Source: an uncultured Acidobacteriota bacterium (GTDB lineage: Bacteria; Acidobacteriota; Vicinamibacteria; Fen-336). Taken from it: a DNA stretch of 64,000 nt. Under the pieces are notes generated by a model. It had not been told where the DNA came from and did no database searches. It saw only the letters and a list, made by a program, of their open reading frames with translations. The translations under genes and the position numbers were made by a program. Positions within the stretch are counted from its first letter, which is position 1. Every line of letters begins with the position of its first letter. Positions 1 through 8,255 of the stretch are shown piece by piece. The stretch lies in contig CAVXEA010000002.1 in NCBI GenBank assembly GCA_963760685.1, positions 1,674,251 through 1,738,250 on the forward strand. The letters run 5' to 3'.

Positions 1-1
1 C

Positions 2-193
2 CGCCGAGCGGAGATCGCCCCCGCGACGCACAGAGCCGCCGAGCGGCTGCTCGTCTCGGTCACTCCGCCGCTTCGGGCCGGCGATGCCCTGCACATAGCA
101 CTCGCCATGACCGCGGGCGTCGCCTCGTTCCTCACCCACGACCGGCGCCGCGCCGAGGCCGCGCGCAGCCTCGGGCTCAGCGCGTTTCCATGA
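2..193 (+). CDS. PIN-domain (VapC-like) toxin, C-terminal fragment; the 5' end lies outside the window
   Basis: In-frame translation ends ...GDALHIALAMTAGVASFLTHDRRRAEAARSLGLSAFP* (TGA 191-193). This is the typical VapC C-terminus with the conserved D near the end. Only 64 aa are visible. Confidence 0.45.
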   Translation, partial: RRAEIAPATHRAAERLLVSVTPPLRAGDALHIALAMTAGVASFLTHDRRRAEAARSLGLSAFP

Positions 194-206
194 GGCCGGT
201 CCCTCG

Positions 207-1917
207 ATGATGGGCCGCCTGGGCTTTGCCCTCCGCGAGACGTTCCGTCAGGGATACCGCTCCGGAGACCTCCGGGCCGACCTCATGGCCGGTGCGGTGG
301 TGGGGGTCGTGGCCCTTCCCCTCTCGATGGCGCTGGCCGTGGCCTCGGGCGTCGCGCCGCAGCATGGGCTCTATACGGCGATCGTGGGGGGAGCGGTCAT
401 CGCGGTGCTGGGAGGCTCGCGGGTCCAGGTGTCTGGCCCCACCGCCGCCTTCGTGGTGGTGCTCGCGCCGATCGCGGTCCGATTCGGCCTCGGCGGTTTG
501 CTTCTGGCCACCGCGCTGGCCGGCATCCTGCTCTTCGTGATGGGCGCCGTGGGCATGGGGCAGCTCATCGAGTTCGTCCCCTATCCCGTGACCACGGGCT
601 TCACCGCGGGGATCGCGGTGGTGATCGGGACCCTTCAGATCAAGGACCTGCTCGGCCTCACCACGGCCGCGCTGCCCGAGCACTACCTCGAACGCCTTCT
701 CGTGCTGATCCGCGCGCTGCCCACGCTGCGCGTCTCCGACCTCGGGATCGGGGCCTTGACCCTGGCCCTCCTGCTGCTTTGGCCGCGCTTCAGTCGCGGG
801 ATCCCCGCGCCGCTCGTGGCCCTGACCGTGGGGGCGGTCGCGGCCTTCGTCCTCGCGGGGCTCGTTCCCGGCTTCGAGGTGGCCACGATCCAGAGCCGGT
901 TCCACGGGATCCCCCGCCAGCCGCCCCTGCCGGTGTGGGTGTGGAACCTCCCCGGAGCCGACGGCCAGCCGCTGCACCTGAGCCTCGACCTGATCCGCAC
1001 CCTCCTGCCTTCGGCGTTCGCGATCGCCATGCTCGGCGCCATCGAGTCCCTGCTCTCGGCGGTGGTCTCGGACGGGATGACGGGCCAGAAGCACGACCCG
1101 GATGCCGAGCTGATGGCGCAGGGCATCGGCAACCTGGTGACGCCTTTCCTCGGAGGGATCGCGGCCACCGGGGCCATCGCGCGCACGGCCACGAACGTGC
1201 GGTCCGGGGCCCGCTCGCCGGTCGCCGCGGTCGTTCACTCCGTTTTCGTCTTCGCGGCGGTGCTGCTTCTGGCCCCCCTGCTCGGCTATCCTGCCCATGG
1301 CGTCGCTCGCGGCCCTGCTCCTGCTGGTGGCCTGGAACATGAGCGAGTCGAAGCATTTCATCCACCTCGTGCGGGTGGCGCCGCGCAGCGACCTCGCCGT
1401 GCTCCTCGTGTGCTTCGGGCTGACCGTCGTCTTCGACATGGTGGTCTCGGTGACAGTCGGGATCATCCTGGCCGCCCTTCTCTTCATGAAGCGGATGGCC
1501 GAGGTCTCGGGCGTGACCCTGATCGGAGAAGGGCACCCCGACCTCGCCGAGCCGCTGCCCCGCGGCGTCGTCCTCTACGAGATCGCGGGGCCGCTCTTCT
1601 TCGGGGCCGCCCAGAAGGCCATGACCACGCTCAAGGCGATGGAGGGGCGGGAGGTCCTGGTCGTGGTCCTCGACCTCGAGCACGTCCCCGCGATCGATGC
1701 CACCGGAATCGTGGGCCTCGAGTCCCTGGTGGCGCGGCTCAACGAGGCCGGCATCAAGGTGATCCTGGTCGGCCTCCAGGGCCAGCCGCTGCGGGCGCTG
1801 GCCAAGGCGGGTTGGCGCAACCGCAAGGGGCGGCTGCGGATCTTCAGCTCGTTCGAGCGGGGGATCGCGGTCGCGCGGCGGACCGTCGCGGAGAGGGCGA
1901 CGGCCGGGCCTCGCTAG
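207..1917 (+). CDS. SulP-family anion (sulfate/bicarbonate) permease with C-terminal STAS domain; apparent 1-nt frameshift near 1290
   Basis: N-terminus MMGRLGFALRETFRQGYRSGDLRADLMAGAVVGVVALPLSMALAVASGV is canonical SulP. The STAS domain (..VVLDLEHVPAIDATGIVGLESLVARLNEAGIKVILVG) continues in the +1 frame from about 1297 (ORF 1297..1917). The join is at LLGY|PAHGV versus expected LLGYIPMASLAALLL. Confidence 0.8.
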
Positions 1918-2028
1918 CTCAGACCTCGGGCGCGAGCAAGTTCGCGCTCACGGCGTCGATGGCCGATCTTCAGCCCGCCTTTCGGTGACGCATCCCCTGC
2001 GGTAGGCTTCGCGGCGAAGGAGTCCCCG

Positions 2029-3909
2029 ATGAAGAAGCTCGCCGCCGTCGTCGCCTTGGCCGTGCTGGGTTCGTCGATTGCCGCCCGAGCGGCGACCATC
2101 GGTAACGTGGAGGGACGGAAGACCACCAGCCTCGACGGCCCCTGGCGCACGATCGTCGATCTCTACGGGACGGGCTACTACGACTACCGGCAGCAACCCA
2201 AGTCCGACGGCTTCTTCATGGACGCCAAGCCCAGGAGCGAGCGCGACCTGATCGAGTACGACTTCGACACGTCGCCCACCCTGAACGTGCCCGGGGATTG
2301 GAACACGCAGCGGGACTCCCTCCTGTACTACGAGGGGATCGTCTGGTACCGCAAGACATTCGACGACCCGCGCCGCACGAAGGCGCGACTCTTCGTGCGG
2401 TTCGGCGCCGTGAACTACGAGGCCCGGGTCTGGCTCAACGGTCAGCTCCTGGGGAGCCACGAGGGCGGTTTCACGCCCTTCGACTTCGAGATCACCGACA
2501 AGGTGAAGGGGACGGGCAACTCCCTCGTGGTGCTGGTGGACAACGCCCGCAAGCGAGAGCGTGTGCCCACCGTGGACACCGACTGGTGGAACTACGGCGG
2601 CATCACTCGCGGCGTCGATCTGATCGAGGTGCCGGAGACCTTCGTGGAGGACTACGCCCTGGAGCTCGAGAAGGGCTCCCTCGACCACGTGAAGGGCTGG
2701 GTGAAGCTCAACGGTACGGGGGCGGCGGGCGCCTCGGTGACGGTGCGGATCCCCGAGGCCAAGGTGGAGCAGAAGGCGACGACCGACGCGAGCGGACGGG
2801 CCGAGATCTCCTTCGCGGCACGGCTATCCCTCTGGTCTCCGGAAAGCCCGAAGCTCTACGACGTGGAGGTCGCCGGAGGCGCCGATCGCGTCCCCGAGCC
2901 CATCGGCTTCCGGAGCATCGAAGTGCGAGGGGAAGACATCCTGCTGAACGGGCGGCCCCTGTTCCTGCGAGGGGTCTCGTGCCACGAGGAGGCTCCGTTC
3001 CGGTCGGGGCGCGCGTTCAGCGCCGAGGATGCGCGGACCCTGCTCGGCTGGGTCAAGGAGCTCCACGGGAACTTCGTGCGCCTCGCCCACTATCCCCACG
3101 GCGAGAACATGACCCGGGAGGCCGACCGCATGGGGATTCTCGTCTGGTCGGAGGTGCCCGTGTACTGGGTCATCGCCTGGGACAGCCCCGCGGCCCTGGC
3201 GAGCGCCCGGCAGCAGATCACGGAGAACATCGCCCGCGACAAGAACCGGGCGTCGATCGTCCTCTGGTCCGCCGGCAACGAGACGCCCGTCTCCGAGGCG
3301 CGCACCACCTTCATGCGGTCGCTGGTGGGCCTCATTCGTGGACTCGATCCGACTCGGCTGGTGACCGCTGCCCTCGAGCGCCACTACGAGAACGAGACCA
3401 CGCAGCTCATCGACGATCCGCTGGGGGACGCTCTCGACGTCGTGGGAGTCAACGAGTACGTGGGCTGGTACGACGGCCTCCCGGAGAAGTGCGACGGCCT
3501 GCAATGGAAGACGAAGTACGCCAAGCCGCACGTGGTGAGCGAGTTCGGAGGCGGTGCCCGAGCCGGCGTCCATGGCAGCGCCGGGCAGCGTTGGACCGAG
3601 GAGTTCCAGGAGTCGCTCTATCGCCACCAGATCGCGATGCTGAAGCGGATCCCCTTCGTTCGCGGCGCCACGCCTTGGATTCTCATGGACTTCCGGTCGC
3701 CTCACCGGGTGCTCCCCGTGATCCAGGACGGCTGGAACCGCAAGGGCCTCGTGTCGGACCGGGGCCAGAAGAAGAAGGCATTCTTCGTCCTGCGCGATTG
3801 GTACCAGGAGATGGAAGAGGCGCCGCGCGGGAAGGGAAGTCACAGCGAGCAGCCCCGCGGGGCCGGAGTCGAACCTGGAGCCTGGGCCGAGGCGACCCGC
3901 GCTCGCTAA
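2029..3909 (+). CDS. Secreted glycoside hydrolase family 2 (beta-glucuronidase / beta-mannosidase-like)
   Basis: 626 aa with a signal peptide MKKLAAVVALAVLGSSIAARA. GH2 sugar-binding motif VWLNGQLLGSHEGGFTPFDFEIT and acid/base region LWSAGNE are present. An AAGGAG SD precedes the ATG. Confidence 0.85.
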   Translation: MKKLAAVVALAVLGSSIAARAATIGNVEGRKTTSLDGPWRTIVDLYGTGYYDYRQQPKSDGFFMDAKPRSERDLIEYDFDTSPTLNVPGDWNTQRDSLLYYEGIVWYRKTFDDPRRTKARLFVRFGAVNYEARVWLNGQLLGSHEGGFTPFDFEITDKVKGTGNSLVVLVDNARKRERVPTVDTDWWNYGGITRGVDLIEVPETFVEDYALELEKGSLDHVKGWVKLNGTGAAGASVTVRIPEAKVEQKATTDASGRAEISFAARLSLWSPESPKLYDVEVAGGADRVPEPIGFRSIEVRGEDILLNGRPLFLRGVSCHEEAPFRSGRAFSAEDARTLLGWVKELHGNFVRLAHYPHGENMTREADRMGILVWSEVPVYWVIAWDSPAALASARQQITENIARDKNRASIVLWSAGNETPVSEARTTFMRSLVGLIRGLDPTRLVTAALERHYENETTQLIDDPLGDALDVVGVNEYVGWYDGLPEKCDGLQWKTKYAKPHVVSEFGGGARAGVHGSAGQRWTEEFQESLYRHQIAMLKRIPFVRGATPWILMDFRSPHRVLPVIQDGWNRKGLVSDRGQKKKAFFVLRDWYQEMEEAPRGKGSHSEQPRGAGVEPGAWAEATRAR

Positions 3910-5528
3910 CGAAGGGTCTCCTTCTCCACGTGGTCTCGCTGGATGTCCGCCAGCCCCGGCGTGTCGCGGACCACCAGTCCGTCGACACCTCGGAGGATGA
4001 AAGCCGGCGCTCCCGGCGATCGCTGCGCCCGCAGCCGGTGGAAGAACGCGTCCTTCACGTCCTCGAGCTGCACCGGTGGCCGCGCGTCGTCGGCGAGGTA
4101 GCCGACCTCGAAATCGCGCACGGTCAGGTTCCGGACATGGCGCGCGTAGAGACCGTAGACCGGCAGCGTGCCGAACATGCTGGGCTCGGGATACGCGGTC
4201 TCGTTCTCGGGGACCTCGCGCGCAGCGTCCTCGCGCGTGCCCCCGCCCTTGTAGAGGATGCGGACGTTGCTCAGTTGCACGTCCTCCACCGGGTGCCCGG
4301 GAAGGCCCGCGAGGAGGACGGGGTAGCGGGGATCCACCCCGGACGCGACGAGGTTGCTGAGGATCACCCGTCGCAAGGCCCCGATCGGCGTACCCTCCGG
4401 CCCGCGGCCGCGGTTGCCGATCCGCAGGAAGAGCGGCGACGTGGTCACGTCGCGCATCGTGACGTTCGTGATGGTGACGTCTTCGATGGCGCCCCCGTCC
4501 ACGGTTTCCAGGGCCAGGCCCCGCGCGCGGTCGAACACGACGTTGGAGATCGTGATGTTGCGGAAGCCGCCGGTCGACTCGGTGCCCAGCTTGATCCGCC
4601 CGGTCGGGCCGTCGCGATCGGGAGCGTGCTCCAAGGTGCGTCCGAAGGTCCCGTCGAAGAACGTGCCGGGGTCGTAGCCGGTGACCTGCGTGTTGGTGAT
4701 GGCCACGTTCTCGGTGGTCCGCGCGTACCCCAGGGCATAGCTCGCCTTCAGGACGATCGCGTCGTCGTTGGGCGTGTTGATCGCGCAGTTGGAGATGCGG
4801 ACGTGGCGGCAGCCGTCAACGTCGAGGCCGTCCCGGTTCGTGTCCATGCGGACGTTGTCGATCGTCAGGTCAAAGACGCCGGTGGCGAGGAGCGCGAAGT
4901 GCCCTCCGTTCAGCACGGAGAAGTCGCGCAGCACGACGCGGCGGCAGAGCTTCAGCGCGATCGCCTTGTTGCCCTGGCCCTGCATGGCCTGGAGCGCCGT
5001 GGCCTCCGGGTCGCCGCTCCCCCCTTGGGCCGTTCCCATGCTCAACGGGCGGTCCCCGGCCTTCTTGCTCCACCGCGCGCCCGGGCCGCGCCGGGTCAGG
5101 CCCTTGCCGTCGATCCGGCCGGGCCCGACCACCGACACGTCCTCGAGGCCAATGCCCCAGATGAGGCTGTTCTGCCAATGGCTATGGCCGAAGTCCTGAT
5201 ACAGGTCCCATTCGTTCGGCTCGGGCAGGTCGTACCGGCCCCGCCCGTCCGCCGGGTCGGCCGCGAGCAGGGTGGCGCCGGGCCCGAGCTCGAGGCGGAC
5301 GTGGCTCTTCAGGCGGATCGAGAAGCTCGGGTACGTCCCGGCGGGGAAGTACACGGTGCCTCCGCCGGCCGCGGCCGCCGTCTCGACGGCCTTGTTGATG
5401 GCCGCGGTGTCGAGGGTCCGGCCATCCCCTTTGGCCCCGAAGGCCGTCACGTCGTAGAGGGGCGTCCCGGCGGCGAAGGAGAGGCCAGGGGCCAGGGCGA
5501 ACGCGAGCACGAGGATCACGGGCTTCAT
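3906..5528 (-). CDS. Secreted glycoside hydrolase family 28 (polygalacturonase/rhamnogalacturonase-like), right-handed beta-helix
   Basis: Signal peptide MKPVILVLAFALAPGLSFA. TAFGAKGDGRTLDTAAINKAVETAAAAGGGTVYFPAGTY is the GH28/pectate-lyase-fold N-terminal signature. A GGGAGA SD lies 6 nt upstream of ATG 5528. The ORF track start at 5552 is a GTG 8 codons upstream. Confidence 0.8.
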   Translation of the reverse strand: MKPVILVLAFALAPGLSFAAGTPLYDVTAFGAKGDGRTLDTAAINKAVETAAAAGGGTVYFPAGTYPSFSIRLKSHVRLELGPGATLLAADPADGRGRYDLPEPNEWDLYQDFGHSHWQNSLIWGIGLEDVSVVGPGRIDGKGLTRRGPGARWSKKAGDRPLSMGTAQGGSGDPEATALQAMQGQGNKAIALKLCRRVVLRDFSVLNGGHFALLATGVFDLTIDNVRMDTNRDGLDVDGCRHVRISNCAINTPNDDAIVLKASYALGYARTTENVAITNTQVTGYDPGTFFDGTFGRTLEHAPDRDGPTGRIKLGTESTGGFRNITISNVVFDRARGLALETVDGGAIEDVTITNVTMRDVTTSPLFLRIGNRGRGPEGTPIGALRRVILSNLVASGVDPRYPVLLAGLPGHPVEDVQLSNVRILYKGGGTREDAAREVPENETAYPEPSMFGTLPVYGLYARHVRNLTVRDFEVGYLADDARPPVQLEDVKDAFFHRLRAQRSPGAPAFILRGVDGLVVRDTPGLADIQRDHVEKETLR

Positions 5529-5571
5529 GGAGCTTCTCCCATCGGCCGACACGGCCGATCAGAACATAGAA

Positions 5572-8067
5572 TCACTCTTCGCGAAGGGCCGTCATGGGAT
5601 CGAGAGTCGCGGCTCGGCGAGAGGGGAGGTAGGCGGCGGCCCCGGTGACCGCGGCGAGCAGGACCGCGGCGAAGGCGAACGTCGTGAGGTCGTTGGGTTT
5701 CAACCCGTAGAGCAAAGACTCGGCGGTGCGCCCGGCCAGGAAGGCCATCGGCATGCCGAAGGCGAGCCCGATCGCCAGGAGCCTGGAGGCTTCGCCCAGG
5801 ACCAGGCTCACGACGCTGCCGCGATCCGCTCCGAGGGCGACACGGATCCCGATCTCGTGTGTGCGCCGGACGACCGTGTAGGACATGACCCCGTAGAGGC
5901 CGAGGGCCGCGATCAAGGAAGCAAGCAAGCCGAAGAATGTCGAAAGCGTGGCCATCAAGCGCTCGCGCAGCAGACCGTCCCTGACCGTCGTCTCCAGCGA
6001 CCTAAAGTCGGCGCCGAGGGTCGGGTTGACTTCGGCGATCGTGCTGCGCAGGCGCGTCGTGATCTCGCCCAGAGGGGCCCTGGAACGGACGACGAGCTGA
6101 GCGTAGAAATCCGGCTGCTGCCCCTGGGCCATCGGGAGGAAGGCGAGGGGGACGAAGTCTTCCCGCAGGCTCTTGTACTTGGTGTCGCCGACCATGCCCA
6201 CGATCTCGAACACCGCTTCGGGCTCCGACGGAGTGGCTTCCCGGCGGAAGGTCTTGCCGATCGCGTCCCTACCGAGGCCGAGGCGCCGGGCAAGAGTCGG
6301 ATTGACGATCGCCACCCGGGGCGCCCTCGCGTCGTCGCGATGGTCGAAGTCGCGGCCGGCCAACAGGGTCATCGCCATCGTTCGCAGGTAGTCGGGCCCC
6401 ACCCAGTTGAAGTTGGCGTCGACCGCTTGGGCCGGGTCGGAACCGTCGGGCCACACCCGGTTGCTGGTGCTGCCGTCCGACAACGGGACGATCGCCACTT
6501 CGGCGGCCGCGGTGACTCCGGTCGCGGCACGGATTCGCTCGAGAATCTCGACCTTGAGGCCGGCGCGACCGCTCGCGGACTGAGAAGCCCGCGAAAGATC
6601 GACGCTGGCTATCACCACCCCGGCCGGCTTGAAGCCGGCATCCACGGCGAGGACGTTGCCGAGCGTGCGCGAGAACAGCACGGCGCCCACCACGAGGACC
6701 AGCGAGAAAGCGACCTCAGAAACTACGAGGGCTCGCCTTAGCCCTGATGCCTCGCGTCCCGCGGTAGCACCCCGCCCGCCCGTCTTCATGGCGTCGCCCG
6801 GGGCGAGCTTCGTGGCCCGCAGCGCAGGCACGAGGCCGAACAGCAGGCAGGTCACGGTCGAGGCAGCCAGGGCGAACCCAAGGACCGCGCGATTGGGCTC
6901 GAGGTCGAGGAAGAGCGTCCTGCCTTCGGTCGCGAGCAACGCGACCAGGAGCTGGCTCAGGTATCCCGCGAAAAGGACGCCCAGGCCTCCGCCGCCCACG
7001 GCGAGTAGCAAGCCTTCCGCCATCATGTGGCGAACCAGACCCGCACGGGAAGCGCCGATGGCGAGGCGAATCGCCATCTCGTGCTGGCGCCCCGCGGCGC
7101 GGGCCAGAATGAGGTTGGCGAGGTTCGCGCACGTGATGAGTAGCACGATGCCGCTCGTGGCCAGAAGGAAGGCCAGAGGGTCGCCGTATTGGCCGCGGAG
7201 CCAGGACACGCCGGTCGCGGCGGGCGCCGCCGTGAGCCGGAAGGCCAGGTAGTCCTTCACGTTGTCCGCCGGGTAGTCGGAGGGAAGAGTGGCCTCGAAG
7301 AGCGCAGGCGAGAGCGCGCGGAGCCGCGTCTTGGCGCCCTCGATCGTCGCCTCGGGGCCAAGCCGACCCGCGACCGTGAGCCACCAGACCGTGCCCTCGT
7401 CCAGCCAGTTCCCGTCGCTCCAGAGAGCCGCTTGCGAGCAAATGGGCATGGCCACGTCGTAGGAACGTCCGACCTCGAGGCCGGTGAAGGCTTCCGGGGT
7501 CACGCCGAGGACTTCCAGGGCATGCCGCCCGAACCGGACCGACTTGCCGATGATGGCCGGATCGGCTCCGAGCTCGCGCTGCCAGAAGGCGTAGCTGACG
7601 ACCACACCCGGGAGGCCACAGCCACGACGATCGTCGCTGGCCTCGAAGACGCGGCCGAGGACCGGCCGCACTCCCAGCACCTGGAAGAAGTCGCCGCTGA
7701 CGAAAAGGCCTCGGGCGTCGCGGGTCTCGCCTTCCGGGCCGAAGTCGAAGCCAGTGTTCGCCCACGCCACGACCCCGGTGAACGCGTCCTGGCGGTCTCG
7801 GAGCCGCTCCCAGATGGGATTCGAAAGGGCCGGGTAGGCGGTCATCGTGCTACCCCGCCGGCCCGTGTGGTCGCTGAGATCGACGAGGGCCAGACGGTCG
7901 GGGTTTTCGACCGGCACCGAACGCAGGCGAACGGCATCGAGAAGCTGGAAGAGGGCGGTGTTGGCGCCGATCCCGAGGGCCAGCGACAGGAGGGCGACCG
8001 TCGCGAAGCCGGGATCCTTGAGGAGGGTCCTTGTGCCGTACCGAAGATCCTGAACTAGTGCTCCCAT
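5572..8067 (-). CDS. ADOP-family (Acidobacterial duplicated orphan permease) FtsX/MacB-like ABC permease
   Basis: Start MGALVQDLRYGTRTLLKDPGFATVALLSLALGIGANTALF is the ADOP N-terminus. There are two FtsX-like halves with large periplasmic loops. An AGGAGG SD lies 4 nt upstream of ATG 8067. The ORF-track N-terminal extension to 8292 is R/G-rich and unlikely to be real. Confidence 0.85.
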   Translation of the reverse strand: MGALVQDLRYGTRTLLKDPGFATVALLSLALGIGANTALFQLLDAVRLRSVPVENPDRLALVDLSDHTGRRGSTMTAYPALSNPIWERLRDRQDAFTGVVAWANTGFDFGPEGETRDARGLFVSGDFFQVLGVRPVLGRVFEASDDRRGCGLPGVVVSYAFWQRELGADPAIIGKSVRFGRHALEVLGVTPEAFTGLEVGRSYDVAMPICSQAALWSDGNWLDEGTVWWLTVAGRLGPEATIEGAKTRLRALSPALFEATLPSDYPADNVKDYLAFRLTAAPAATGVSWLRGQYGDPLAFLLATSGIVLLITCANLANLILARAAGRQHEMAIRLAIGASRAGLVRHMMAEGLLLAVGGGGLGVLFAGYLSQLLVALLATEGRTLFLDLEPNRAVLGFALAASTVTCLLFGLVPALRATKLAPGDAMKTGGRGATAGREASGLRRALVVSEVAFSLVLVVGAVLFSRTLGNVLAVDAGFKPAGVVIASVDLSRASQSASGRAGLKVEILERIRAATGVTAAAEVAIVPLSDGSTSNRVWPDGSDPAQAVDANFNWVGPDYLRTMAMTLLAGRDFDHRDDARAPRVAIVNPTLARRLGLGRDAIGKTFRREATPSEPEAVFEIVGMVGDTKYKSLREDFVPLAFLPMAQGQQPDFYAQLVVRSRAPLGEITTRLRSTIAEVNPTLGADFRSLETTVRDGLLRERLMATLSTFFGLLASLIAALGLYGVMSYTVVRRTHEIGIRVALGADRGSVVSLVLGEASRLLAIGLAFGMPMAFLAGRTAESLLYGLKPNDLTTFAFAAVLLAAVTGAAAYLPSRRAATLDPMTALREE

Positions 8068-8255
8068 CTGACCTCCTGCCTGACCTGGATCGACGCAGCA
8101 AGCGACGGGCCAGGCGACCAAGGGGTGGAAACGCCGGCCGGCAAACGGCCTCGGGTCTGGCCGCGGTCCCCGCCGCCGTCCGTTCTCGCCACTCGCGTGT
8201 CCGGAAGAGGGAAACCCCTTCGGACCTGTCCTGACCCTCCCCTCCCGCATGATGC

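Noticed and set aside
177-1487. Long ORFs antisense to, or frame-shifted against, real genes. Examples from the track: 177..1487(-), 2298..5648(+), 8055..10802(-), 10747..12264(-), 11859..14240(-), 14911..16467(-), 17410..19605(+), 36032..39316(-), 55247..57631(-) and the 5' part of 58198..61905(-).
   Set aside because: They are Arg/Gly/Pro/Ala-rich and low-complexity. They have no recognisable motifs. They lie opposite ORFs with clear family signatures. They are expected artefacts of about 70% GC sequence, where stop codons are rare.
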